DNA from: Gordius albopunctatus
Lineage: Eukaryota
Assembly: GCA_964276515.1 (NCBI GenBank)
Contig: OZ193909.1
Span: forward strand, 14,632,001 to 14,696,000
Length of the DNA: 64,000 bases
Direction of reading: 5' to 3'
A program made the position numbers and the translations under genes. Below the pieces are notes generated by a model. It was not told the DNA's origin. It saw nothing but the letters and a program-made list of their open reading frames with translations, and searched no databases. Below are positions 25,658 to 38,485 of this stretch, one piece after another (positions within the stretch are counted from its first letter, which is position 1; the number at the start of each line of letters is the position of its first letter).

Positions 25658-26892
25658 CCCGCATAAAATATTTAATCCTATCGTATTATCGTTAGTAGCC
25701 AAGCTTCACATCAATCTTCAATATACAGCGAATTCCTATAGTACAAGTTGGGCCATAAATCGGTTTTTTCGTTTAATATGCATTATTTAGAACAGCTATT
25801 ATTTTAATTCGTCACAAAAAACTCCATTAAAACGTTTTTTAATATCAAGATTACATTAACAGGCGCCCCAAACCTCTCAAAAATTAGCTAGGTAGGTGCA
25901 ATAATACGAATAATGCCTCCCCCTGGCTAAGCCCATGAATTCACTTCTGACTCTTAATATATTTAAATGAAAGTCGATGCCTCAATTACATAGCAATACG
26001 GTAATAGGATTATGAATTGACATAATTAGGTGACCAACGTAATATTTAATGATGGGAGAGCAAAACTAAAATAGGTTGATATTTAAAGGGATCGAATCCC
26101 TAATCATTAGATCTTAAGATAAAATAAGTTTCTAAATCCTTTAAGTCTTTAAGTGATTTTTAAGTGGTGCAAGGTCGTTTATAATCGCACTGTTGACGCA
26201 CCTCGTTCCCTCTAATTTTCTTTAAAATCGAATCATATCTTTCTCGTAATAATTATTATTATTAATAATTGAATATTAAATCAAAATTCTTTAAGCCCCT
26301 CTCTCTTTCCGTTTTCCATATAGAAGCCCTCTCTATATATATTAATTTCACCCATTTCCGATTTTAACTTTTCCCCAAATACAATATTATAAGCTTCAGT
26401 TAATTAATTTCTCTCAATTTCGCGAATTTAACTAGACCCAAGGGGTCGGAATTTGTTTTTCTCATAAATTTAATCAAAATTATCTGCCTCCCACCCCCTC
26501 TCGATCAATATAAAATTTATAGAGCGCGCGATTTATAGAAATTTCGTATTTTTATCATCCCATATATAAAAATATAATTGTTGAAGATACCTTGTTTTGA
26601 TTTTTTCTATACTTTATCTTATAATAAGGACCTTTCCTACTAATTGCTCCCTGGATTTATTCATTACAAATTGTGTAAGTTCTTTAAATCTTTTTAAAGT
26701 AACATATTAATTGTCAAGAAAGTGTTTTAAATTTGAAATTTAAATCTTTGGCAAATATTACAAATGAATAATTTACTTTTTAAAGGTGCATTTATTATAT
26801 TTGCTAATTTTTATCGCTAAATTTTGGTCAATTTTTAAGCATCACTCACCTAAAATTTTACAGATTTTTATAAAAATTGTGTGAAGTATATT

Positions 26893-27029
26893 CATGGGTG
26901 CCCCCCCCCTTTAAATCCAAAAATTTGTTGAATTTTATTAAAATTATGGGGGACATTTCAAAAATATTCATTTTGCCCCTCACTAAATCATTATTGCCCC
27001 CCTCTAATACCAATGCTGGCTACGCCATG
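26893..27029. mobile_element. hAT MITE, family A
   Basis: Same internal sequence and right TIR as the copy at 25479-25657. Confidence 0.8.
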
Positions 27030-27769
27030 TATAGTTAAAAAAGTGTAGCCGATGATGAGGTTATATAAAAATATTTATATTTTTTTGTCTTTTTTAGGCT
27101 AAGCTACAAAACATTTTAATAAAGTGCAAATTTTAAATACATTTTAAAATTATAATAAAAATATTCATTGAGTTATATCAAAACTAATTGGAATTATAGT
27201 AGATTTTACCCTCGTAAACATGTTTTATTAACAGAATTTTAGATTATTTAAGTTCTGGTAAAGTTTAGAAATCTATAAACAATTTTGAAATTTAAAATAT
27301 TTGTTGTTCAGAAAAATTTGTTTTTATACCATCTTTTTGGCAAACATAAGGTCGATCATTAAATAGTAGTGTAAATTCAAGCGGAAATTTTGATATTATG
27401 CCTAGGACTTAACATAGTAATCTTTAAAATAACGCCCTCCTCTTTACAATATTACCTTAGCTAATAATATTAAAATCTCTCTTGGATGACACTATGGCCT
27501 GCAATCAATACCATTTGTGGTTTTATATTATAAATAAATTATTTATAGGAACCAATGGTTTATTACAGTTGTAATTTGATAGCTAGATATTATAGCCTCC
27601 CTAGGATAACCCATAATTTAATCCTTCGGACTTTTTATTATACTGTAAAATATCGTATTTCCTCGGTTGTTAAATAACGAGCATCATTATAAATCATTAA
27701 ATTGCATAAAATTAATCTTCCTTAGCCCGCCCCCCCCCCCCCTCCACCTTTATTTTTATGAGGTGTGCT

Positions 27770-27917
27770 TCCTGGGCTTCTGGGCTTAGCGGGGGGGGGC
27801 AAACCTAAAAATGTGTTTAAATTTATAAAAACTATGGCTAAAATTTCAAAAGTTGATCGTTTTGCCCTCCATAAATCCTTATTGCCCCCTCTAATCTCAA
27901 TCCCGGCTACGTCCATG
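27770..27917. mobile_element. hAT MITE, family A
   Basis: Same internal sequence, ending CCGGCTACGTCCATG. The left boundary is approximate. Confidence 0.75.
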
Positions 27918-29305
27918 CGTGGCTTTTTGGATATAATTATTATCATAAATTATAAAATTATCAAACCACAGGAGGCCCCTCCCTTTAAGCTAGGTAGATG
28001 ATATAACTAGCGATCAAAGGCTATTCTACTGGAAAAGTGAAAAAGTTGACTGTTTTAAAGGTAATCACGAAAAAACCATTGGTATGACATTAAGTTAAAG
28101 GGATGTTGAGAAAATAGGGCAATATAACATTAGGTGTGTTACACTGTTGATGTCTTTTTAATTTGCATTATTTTGTAAAATATATAATATGGATCTAGGG
28201 GGAACCGCCCCTCTTTGCACCCCCCCCCCTTATGCGTGCATGTAAAGTCATCCAATTTGAAAGGTTAAATTAGGTGAGGTCGTAATTCCAGTCTTGTAAA
28301 CTTAATCCAATCCGAAAGCATGATGTGCTTAAAATTAATTTTTTGTCTAGTTATCCGCTAAAGGATGTTTTGGCAGCTGAATACAACCGAGTAAATTAAA
28401 TTAGAAATATGAAGAAAATATATACTTTCCATTGCTTCCTATTGTATTGGTATTACAAGATACAATCAAAGGATATTAATTTAAACTGAAATAATGATCT
28501 AAAGTCTGTAATTTAATTATTTTTAGATTAAGATAGTCAAGGAAATAAGTTTTTTATTAACTATATTTTTGTTTAAACCTTGTGATATGTCAAAGTTATT
28601 AGAATTTTAAAATAATAAGTTATCTATTGTTATTTTCAAATTAAATTGGCTTAGAAAAAATGGTTAGAAACAAAAGTGTTCATCTTGTCACCTATTTATT
28701 AATCCTTTAATTTTGATATTAATAACATATTGAAAACGATTTTTTAGCTAATCTATTTTGACTCAAAATGTGAAGATGAATTTAAGCAATGCCCTATATA
28801 GAATAGCAAAAGAATTTGAAGTATTTAATTAAAATGGAATCGTAAAATGCCGTATAAATTTGTAAGGTTGATTATTAATTTTTAAAGGTTAATTGCAACA
28901 AACAATGTTCATATTAAAGAATTTTAAATATGCAATACCCCGCTATGTTAAAAAGGGTGAGAGTTTAAAGATCAATAATTTTAATTTATCTATTCCATGC
29001 TAATATTAATAATGCGTCCTTGAGTTAAGAGGGGAGAGCATTCTATTAGCATATGAGCACAAACATCGTACTGCGACACATTGTAATACTTTATTATTTA
29101 TTTCGTTATTGCAGCAGTGTATAATTTAGATTAAAGCTAACCACTTTTATATCAATTATTATTAACCCTGCAATTCAGATTTAGGTTATCGATACCACCA
29201 ATTGATTTACAAATTACAATTTACACAATTGAATGCGACTTGATCGATTTTAATCCTTGCCTTTGTTAGGAAATATGAAAAGTCTTATCTTACTTTCATC
29301 ATACA

Positions 29306-29472
29306 CATAGGCGTCATAGCCAGCACTGGGATTAGAGAGGGCAATAATGATTTCTGGAGGGACAAAATAAACATTTTTTCAAATTTTAGCCATAATTTTA
29401 ATAAATTTTAACAAATTTTTGGATTTAGAGGGGGCAGCCGCCCCTCTCTGCCCCCCATTGGCTACGCTCATG
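29306..29472. mobile_element. hAT MITE, family A
   Basis: 8-bp TSD ATCATACA (29298-29305 and 29473-29480). Confidence 0.9.
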
Positions 29473-31492
29473 ATCATACATAACATCACAATTTAAATAG
29501 GTTTTATATAAAGATTTGTAGCTCCTATGAAAATAAATCATAATTTACAAACATTGTAAATATAGTCCCAACAACTTCTTAATTAAACCAAATCCTATAT
29601 ACACCACGTACGGATTAATTAACGATATTTTATATTCTAACACTATACAAAAAAGATTCCCTTAAACGCTAACTTACCTTTTTTATTTTCTTTATGAAAA
29701 ATTTATGAGATTAGTAATAAATTTGTTAAAATTTCATTTTTTCCATTTTTTGATATCATTAAATATTATAATTTACGATTAATTTCTTTGGCTCAGCATT
29801 AAAAGTCATTAAACAGAATTAGCAACCAAAATATATTTCAAATTCTTATTTGTATTGTCTATTTGTTAAGATAAATATATTTATATAAATTTAACACGTT
29901 TTTTTATAAAGGTTGTTATCATTTTAAGTATAAGTATCGCGAATAACATTTAAAAAGCTAAGTTTTCAAAATGAAAAACTATTCCTAAGTTTGGTGACTA
30001 ATGTAAAATAAAGATTTTCTTAAAATTTAGACATTGCTGTATATGATGAATGGTTTAATAGGTGTTGCAAAAACTACTAATGTCAAAACACTCACTTATA
30101 ATTTTAATTACTGGGAGCCCCGTCGTTTTAATAATTTTATCACGAAAATTTCCACCTTTTTTATTATTTGTGGCAAACCATAGGTGTCAGATGCAAACAT
30201 TTTAATATATATCAGAAACTTAACTTGTTCCTTAAAACATGACAATTTGTCTAATTTTTATGTTTTACAACTTATTTCGTCGAATCATTTTTATTACACC
30301 ATAAAATTAGGTACCGACTTACAACTCGAATGTTAATTTAAATGAATCAAACCAATTCATTAAATGACAGTTGTTAAATCTATAGGTAATAAACCTTAAC
30401 ATATCAGACAAGAGTGGTCTTATCTTTGAGAAAGGATAGATTATAATTCCTTAGACTAACGCCAGATATCAAGTGAGAATGAGGTTTTTATTAACCCCAT
30501 TATTATCTAAATAGTTACGAATGTCATGGCTGTTGGCTTTGGCTGTTTCGCGTAAACATTTTAGTAACAAAAGTGTTAGGATACTTAAAAATATGTGAAA
30601 TATTTTATAATTGTTTGTAGCGCAATAACGTTTTATTGATGGTTAAATATATTTGGGTGGGTCTTATTTGGAAAAATGTTTGGACATATTTCAAATAAAA
30701 GTAAACTAGAAATAATTTTGCCTATCTTTTCGCTGTATTCAAATTCAAGCTTTGATTGTTACTTAAGACTGAGGCAGTAAAAAACTTATTATCGAATATG
30801 TTTTGGTTATAATTTTCAAAAATTTAAAAGAATAAAAATAATACACTTCAACTAAATATCGACTATAATGGGCGTAGCCAGATGAAAGCAGAAATTACCA
30901 TATTTTCCCCTCTTCTTATATCTAAAAATTTGTCGTTAAAATTTTTAAAAGTATTATTTTGGTTTGATAAATCACTACCAGACATCCCCCCCTTCTTTTA
31001 ATTCAAATAAAGCCTTGCCTAAAGTTTCCAAACTCATAAATGGTTTTTATGACAGGCTAAGTGAAATTTAAAGGGCGGCGGGTCGCTTGAAACCCGTTTG
31101 ACACCGTTTTATTATTATTGAACATTTTTAACATATATAGGATTGTTCAAATAATGACAAACATATAATTAAGTAGCAAAATATAAAAGGACTTTATTAA
31201 GGACGGGCTTGGGAGGCTTTGTAAAAATTAACTGGCTGGGCCTGGCTGGGCTCATATCTCAATCCAAACTAAACCAAGAAACATTCCGTTAACATTCATG
31301 TCATAATTTTTCTTCCACATACATGATTTATGGACTGTTATAATACATAATAGACCTCGTGTAGGTTAGGTGGCATACTCATAGTGCTTGCGTCATAGGT
31401 CCATTTGCTGTTTCAATTTAGAGCTACCAAGTTCATTTTACGTTATGTTAATATTAAAGAGATTGTGGAAATGTTGTAATATAGAGTCAATT

Positions 31493-31660
31493 CATAGGCT
31501 TAGCAAGGGGGGGGGGCAGGGAGGGGCGTGTGTCCCCCTCTAAATCCAAAAATTTGTTGAAATTTATTAAAATTATCGCTAAAATTTCAAAAATGATCAT
31601 TTTACCCATAACTAAATCATTATTGCCCCCCCCCTTAATTCCAAGCTGGCTGCGCCCATG
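31493..31660. mobile_element. hAT MITE, family A
   Basis: 8-bp TSD AGTCAATT (31485-31492 and 31661-31668). Confidence 0.9.
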
Positions 31661-34096
31661 AGTCAATTTAAATTCATTAGTAGCTTTAATTTAAATATTG
31701 GCTTATTTAGCATTAGTGTATTAAAGCAACCAGGAGTTTCTAGCAATCAAAATTGTTTATTTAACTTATCACACCACCAAATTGCATGACTTCAGGCGCG
31801 TAGCCAGGATTTTCTCCCGGGGGGGGGGGAATTTCCAAAAAATTTTATAACATTTTTATTTCAACATCAAAATTATAAAATCTGGTATGAAACATAAAGA
31901 AAGTAATTATAAAATAATTTCATATTTTCTTTTTCCCGCGTCATCTGGAGTAGTAGTGAATTCCCCATGAATCGCTAATAAAAGTGTCAATCCATTTAAT
32001 CTATTCATTAAACGTCATAAAGTTTTAATTGAAATGTTGTCAGAAATGGAAGATAAACCAAATAAGGAGAAATTGAAGCAAGCTGTTATGATCGCGATGT
32101 TGCAACAGAAGCTGCAACCTTGCTCACTTCTCTACGACAATCTAAATATATTATGCAAGCAATTGCAAAAAAGGACCTAGATCTTCAGCTAGTTAGACAG
32201 TTAGCAGAAACTTTAGTAATAGTAGTCGAACCTAAGGCTAAGTTGTATGATTTTGAACTTAAGAAACCTCGATGATATGCAAAGAAAATGAACGGTTTTT
32301 GGACAAGAAACAAGTTTTGGCAAATTTCCAAATAATATTTCCTCCGAATTCTTTGATTGTTTTGCCAGAAACGCGAATGAAAATATATTATAGAAGGATT
32401 TCGTCCAAAAAATCCCTTGGACGCCACCCTATCAGATTATAAAATATTGTAATCTTCTTTGCCTAACATCACAACTCTTCTTTACCTATTAGCTTTTATA
32501 TAAGAAAAACTATGTCAAAAAATAGATTAAATGGATTGGCCCTTTTTAGCATTTTTATTTCAAGATTAAAATTAAAAAAAGAAAGTCATTATAAAATAAT
32601 TTTATATTTTATTTTTCCCCGCGATAATATCTTAAGAACTTCATCTGGAATGGGAGCTAATTCCAATAAATTGCATAGCAATTAATAAGTGTCTTACTTG
32701 GTCAGTTACGCTGCAGAACTATTAAATATAAACTTTAGATCTAAAATATTTTTTTCATAAAAAATGCGGGGGTCCATGACTTATTATGAAACAAAGTTAT
32801 TAATATGTAAAATGGAAATGTAATTTGTTGTTGTGATTGTCGAAGGTCGTATTGTTGAACTATCTAATCGTGACCAACGTAGAGCAAGCTTTAGGCTAAT
32901 TTTGAAATCCATCGGGAATAAATCCTAATTAACCGCGTTTATTTACATCTCTCCCCGCGTGTTAATTCGCTTTAATTCGTTTCCTATAAACTCGCAAAAC
33001 ATACGATTTAACATAACTAAATTAAACGCTCCAAAGGATTTCTTTATTAATATATGTATAGTATACCGTCTCCCCCTTCTTTTTTGACATTCAAGGTTAT
33101 TTGCGACTTTAATGTCAAATTTGTTAGCCCTTGGCATTGACCGAATCATACCCCTTTGATGTGCCGCGCATAACAGACTCCTCTATGGGTGTAAATTAAT
33201 AATCGATTTGATGATGTAGATTTTAGCCCACAAAACATCGAAAGACCTTCCACTAAATAGGTTAATAAAAGAATAAATTAATTTAAGATAAACATACTTA
33301 AGGTGCACCAGTATATATTTTCAAAATAAATGCTATACCTAATTCAAACCTGTTGATCTTCCCTGCATGATATTGGTTAAAATCTCGATCTAAACTTAGT
33401 CATTAAGGTTTTAATTTTAAAAAAGTCTTTTTTAGATTTTTGCCGGTTATTAGCGATGTATTTGTTATGAAAGCTTCGCAGATTATAACCAAATCCCCCA
33501 TCCCATATGGTCGCGGCTTTTAAAAATTAACCGGATCTTTAATATTTTAAGAGTCATTCAAATATGCTGCTTGTTCGATGCATAGTTAATTTGACTAATC
33601 TTTTAATACAAAGCTCTCTTAATATTTACTGAATGGGAGATTAATTGTTTTAACTAGAAATTTGAAGGAAAATAACATATTATTTAATCAAATTGTTGGT
33701 CTCATGCGCCTTTTTCATGGACTTCTACTTAACTCAAAGCAATTTCCTTTTTAGCTAACTTAATTACAATTTATTCAGATGTGAGGATAGCTAACTAGTA
33801 AGCGAATTAATAAGTAAACAACTGCTGCGTCATAGATATTCCAATACAAACCGCTATTGCGACCTTCTATTAATAAATTATTAATTGATATGCAATAGTG
33901 TTATATTTATAAATTTAGTGAGTAATTATTTTCAAAATTCAGATAGGTTTGTTCCTTTCCTTCTTTAATATGCTTCATATTATTTTTCGCTAGGTTTGAA
34001 AACACCTATCCTCTCGACCCTACAATTAACATGCAATCTGATTTAAGGGAAAGGTGTTAAATTGCAAAACACCATCAAGTGCTGGCCATCGCAACT

Positions 34097-36715
34097 ATGA
34101 CGACTTTTACAATGGGACCCGTCGTTACAACTTTGCAATCTGCTTCAAACGGATTTATTAGTAGGATCCATTCGGCAAACTTGATTTCCCGCGATTTATC
34201 ACACACATCAATGGCTTACAATGCAGGCTTAGAAAGCATTCTCAATTACACTGCGCAGCTAGATGAATCGACTGTGGTTGGGGAAGAGGTGGAAGGAGAA
34301 TATGTACCTTATAACAAACGAGCCGAAACTTATATAGTACCCATATTATTTGCCATAATTTTTTTCGTGGGCATCATAGGCAATGGTCTACTCATATACG
34401 CCGTGCTGAGTCACAAAGCGCTCCGTAATAACGCTCCCAACATATACATCCTCAATCTCTCAATAGGGGATTTCTTGCTTATCCTCATATCCGTCCCCTT
34501 CACCAGTACCATTTACACGTTCGAAAGTTGGCCCTATGGCACTGTACTATGCAAAACCACTGAATTTTGGAGAGCCATATCGGTTGCCGTTTCCGTATAC
34601 ACCCTAACGGCCCTAAGTGCCGACCGATATCACGCTATAGTTGATCCATTGGGTAGATATGTGGGCGGTCGCAAAACCGTTAGGCGGACGCTCTGTACTT
34701 GCGGAGCGATTTGGTTACTAGGAGCGGCCATAGCCAGTTTGGACGCCATCAATTCCTACGTACTGGTGTTACCACGTTACGAAGAAACAGTCCCCGAAAG
34801 CGGTGCTGCAAATTACACGCTGACCAGTGGAGATATGGGAGGAGAAATGATGTCAGTGTTAAGTAACTTAAATAAAGGAGGTACGAGCAGTTATGCCTTG
34901 TCACCTCCTTCCAATCCTAGGATAGCCGCTTGCCTTTATACCCTGATATACACTGGTTATTTCGAGACACCCATTGACGCGACCTCCTTATTTTCCTCAT
35001 GGTTTCCAAGCCTAAATTTGCAAGCCTTTCGCGACTCTGTTGCCTTAATTAATACCAACCTCTTTAACACCACTCCACCCGTTTACGATTCTAAAAGCAT
35101 TGACCAAACGTTACATTTATATTCGGGCCCGATAACTTACCTCCTCAGCGCTGCCACAACTATCAGTGTCGCTCCTGGAGAGAACCCAAGTTCGGACCTT
35201 GCACCACTTAAGGTCTGTTACCCTTACCCAGAACGCTACGGGGATGGTTATAAACGATGGCACACCCTTATTAAGTTTTTGCTCTTGCTCGTGGTTCCGT
35301 TTGCTATAATAACAGTATATTATGTGCTAATGGCCAAGCGTTTAATAATGAGCACCACGGATGTGCCTAATGCTTGTTATTCTGCGAGCTCGTTGCCCAT
35401 GTGCCATAAAGTGGTAGTTAAAAAGAATTCTGATAAATTTCGTGGCTACTCGTCTCCGGAGAGTACTAAGCCATTTATGCCCAAACTAAGTCCCGACAGC
35501 ATTAGGCATCCTCCCCTTTTAGAAGAAAGCGACGACGCTAATAACCAATTACTACCCAACGGTTACGATTCTCGAAATCTCAGTAGTGATGAGACCCTAT
35601 TAACTAATAATAAATCTTTCCAATCCGACCGTTCGTCCTTTCAAATGGTTCCTGACGAACTTCAAATACCCCCCACGCATTTTGAAATCAAATCTTCTCC
35701 AAATTTTAATAACTCTAAGTCTCAAGGCGGCTGGCGCAATAGCCGGACACGAATGTTTTCGCAATCTTCGCCTCGCAATTCATTCACCGCTCTCAAGGAC
35801 AAAATGTTGGAATGGTCCTCCTTGCCCAAAAGGGTAGCCAATACTGCCGAGAGACGGAATTTTTTGCGTGTATCTCGTAGCCAGCAATCCATGAGAAATT
35901 CTTCGACTTGCACTTTATCAAACTCTCCCTCGTCTAACACTATGGCTAACGGGGAATACGAGAGAAGTTCTAAGGGTTCCTTCAGTTACTGGAAGCGTAA
36001 ACTTTCCGGAGTCAGCAACTTAACAACCCGCAATTTTAATTACGCCGCTAGCGCCAATAAACAAATGGATTCGAGGAAAAAAGTAGCCAAAATGGTTCTG
36101 ATAGTAGTCCTGCTCTTTCTAATATGTTGGCTGCCCCACCACGTCTTTAACATGTGGTTCCATTTCGACCCTCACGCCGTAGATAAATACAACTACGCTT
36201 GGCACTCACTCAAACTAATTGGTTTTATCCTGTCCTACCTCAACTCTTGCATCAATCCCATAGTCTTGTACTTTATAAGTAAAACTTATCACAAGCACTT
36301 CAACCGATACCTAGCGCTGCGCTGTTGGCGCGGAAAATCTTCTGGCAAAAAATTGAGCCGTCTTCATAGTATGGACACCATGGTTACGAGCAAATTTTCG
36401 CGTCAAAATACCTTTAACCGCACTTTTAAAATGTCAAGTTCTGACAGGGGTACATTTTCTAAAGCCACTTCTACATCTAATACTACGGGTGACAAAAGGT
36501 TTAGCGATAAAGTTCAGAAGGGTGGCTATTGTTACAATAAAACTAATGGTAAAATTATTGAAGCAGCCTACGATTTTGTCAAAATTAACAGCACCCCCAT
36601 AACCGTTAAGGTTGAATACGAAAGCGGGACGAGTGATAGTTACTATGATTTAACTATTAAAAGACCTCGGATTCTCTCTGTCGATTTTAGTGCCACTCAT
36701 GCGGTGTCATTGTAA
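34097..36715 (+). CDS. Rhodopsin-class neuropeptide GPCR, CCHamide / bombesin (GRP) receptor-like, single coding exon, 872 aa
   Basis: RAETYIVPILFAIIFFVGIIGNG (TM1), PNIYILNLSIGD (TM2), ESWPYG..CK, TLTALSADRY, CYPYP, RKKVAKMVL..CWLPHH (TM6), NSCINPIVLY (TM7). First in-frame ATG is at 34097, after a stop at 34058-34060. Confidence 0.93.
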   Translation: MTTFTMGPVVTTLQSASNGFISRIHSANLISRDLSHTSMAYNAGLESILNYTAQLDESTVVGEEVEGEYVPYNKRAETYIVPILFAIIFFVGIIGNGLLIYAVLSHKALRNNAPNIYILNLSIGDFLLILISVPFTSTIYTFESWPYGTVLCKTTEFWRAISVAVSVYTLTALSADRYHAIVDPLGRYVGGRKTVRRTLCTCGAIWLLGAAIASLDAINSYVLVLPRYEETVPESGAANYTLTSGDMGGEMMSVLSNLNKGGTSSYALSPPSNPRIAACLYTLIYTGYFETPIDATSLFSSWFPSLNLQAFRDSVALINTNLFNTTPPVYDSKSIDQTLHLYSGPITYLLSAATTISVAPGENPSSDLAPLKVCYPYPERYGDGYKRWHTLIKFLLLLVVPFAIITVYYVLMAKRLIMSTTDVPNACYSASSLPMCHKVVVKKNSDKFRGYSSPESTKPFMPKLSPDSIRHPPLLEESDDANNQLLPNGYDSRNLSSDETLLTNNKSFQSDRSSFQMVPDELQIPPTHFEIKSSPNFNNSKSQGGWRNSRTRMFSQSSPRNSFTALKDKMLEWSSLPKRVANTAERRNFLRVSRSQQSMRNSSTCTLSNSPSSNTMANGEYERSSKGSFSYWKRKLSGVSNLTTRNFNYAASANKQMDSRKKVAKMVLIVVLLFLICWLPHHVFNMWFHFDPHAVDKYNYAWHSLKLIGFILSYLNSCINPIVLYFISKTYHKHFNRYLALRCWRGKSSGKKLSRLHSMDTMVTSKFSRQNTFNRTFKMSSSDRGTFSKATSTSNTTGDKRFSDKVQKGGYCYNKTNGKIIEAAYDFVKINSTPITVKVEYESGTSDSYYDLTIKRPRILSVDFSATHAVSL

Positions 36716-37859
36716 TTGCGAACTTATACATATGGCACTTTTTATGAAAACACATGTGTACATATTTACCTTAACTCTATTTTTATTATATTAACCTTTC
36801 GATGTTGCACAATATTTATACCCTAACTACAAATAATTTTCAACAATATAATGTAAATAAATGTTTGAGTTTTTAATCCTTTTCCATTTATAAGCTCATT
36901 TTTTGGCTCACTCCTCAACACTTACAGATCTAAGAATCAAGTTAATTAATTAGTTTTGGTAGGTAAATAACATTGATACCGACTATAATTGAAATTAGAT
37001 AGTGTAGGAATGAGTTAAAAAATCAAATATATATGTAAATTTAAGTTTTAATGAAAAATGTAGACTAATATTTAATTACACCGTTATAATTAAAATTTGT
37101 TTATGAATTGATAAGTCTTATTTTTAGCATATATCACCTTTATTAGTGATTGTTTTTAATTTTATTTTGATCTAGTCTCATATAAATTCATTTATTCTGG
37201 CAAACGCATTTATGTTAATGAATTAAATGTTTTGTAATGGATTTGGGAATTATGCTAAATAAAGCGTTGCAAAGTTACAAAAATATATGGTTAGTATGCA
37301 AATTTGACATTACTCAATAATATTAGTATCAAAAATTTATTAACTATTAAATAGCTTCTTTTTTTAAAAAAATACTAAGTTGTATTATAACGAAGGATGA
37401 CAGATGAATTAAAAACATATTTATTAAGAAAGAAGATCTAATCTAGAATGGGTCAAGATTCAGCAAAAGATTCATGTTGTAAACTGATCCCTAGTTAAGG
37501 TTCTCCAATTTTTTTAAATATGTTCTTGTTTAAAAGGTGCAGGAGTACGAAGCAATGACGATTATAAAATTATTGGATTCCAAAATGGCAGCTTCTCTAC
37601 GATAACAAAAGTGTTGTAGTTAAAATGTGATGGGACAAAAAGTTAAAAACATGAGAAATTCAATTTGAGCAATAAACCCTTTTACCAAAATGAATTTTCG
37701 GATATAATTTAATAAATTACGTTAAGAAGACTTATAAAAATATCGAATTAATTTTATTTAGAAAGTGTTATCTTTAATGGTGTTTCAAAGTTTTCAAAAA
37801 ATGCATACAAAATCTTTCACACTTTATATAAATTTCGATGCAATTAAGAAACGCCTGAT

Positions 37860-38317
37860 CAGAGACTAGATTTGTCCGGCCCGCTGCCCGAACCTGCCCG
37901 CCCGGTCTACGGGTCAGGCCGGGCAACTATCGTAAATTTTAACTTTTGGGTGGGCCCGGGCGGGCACCATAAAAAGATTCGGGGAATTCGGGCTTAATTT
38001 TGTTTTTAAAATAATGTATTCTATTGTTTTTGTGTATATTTTGGCATTTTTTTTTATGGATTTCATAATTTTTGTTAATTTTACTTCTCATTTAAAAAAA
38101 ATCAAAAATTAAGATAAAATTTTTAAAAAATATAACGATATTAGTGCTAAAAATTTCAAAACACCATTTCGGGCCGGGCATTTCGGGCAGCTCTGATGAT
38201 TCGGGAATTGCCGGGCAGACACATAGAAGGGTTCGGGCGAGCTCGGGCGGGCAGATTAACTATAAAATCGGGTAGGGCCGGGTTCGGGCAGAAAAATTCT
38301 AACAAATCTGACCTTTG
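37860..38317. mobile_element. hAT non-autonomous element, family B
   Basis: CAGAG...CTTTG ends, GCCCG/CGGGC subterminal repeats, 8-bp TSD CGCCTGAT (37852-37859 and 38318-38325). Confidence 0.88.
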
Positions 38318-38382
38318 CGCCTGATAAATTTTTTATATGACAAAGCTTTTAAGATATATTATACTTTATATTTTTAACCAAT

Positions 38383-38485
38383 TATGGGCGTAGCCAGGAT
38401 TAGATATAGAGAGGGACAATAAATTTTTTGGGGGATTTAGAGGGGGGCAGCTGTCCCTCCCTGCCACCTCCTGGCTAGGCCCATG
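38383..38485. mobile_element. hAT MITE, family A (short)
   Basis: TATGGGCGTAGCCAG...CTGGCTAGGCCCATG. Confidence 0.8.

Noticed and set aside
27722..28001. Gly/Pro-rich ORFs (also at 25342, 40906/40962 and 62662)
   Set aside because: They derive from G/C runs in MITE or Helitron sequence.
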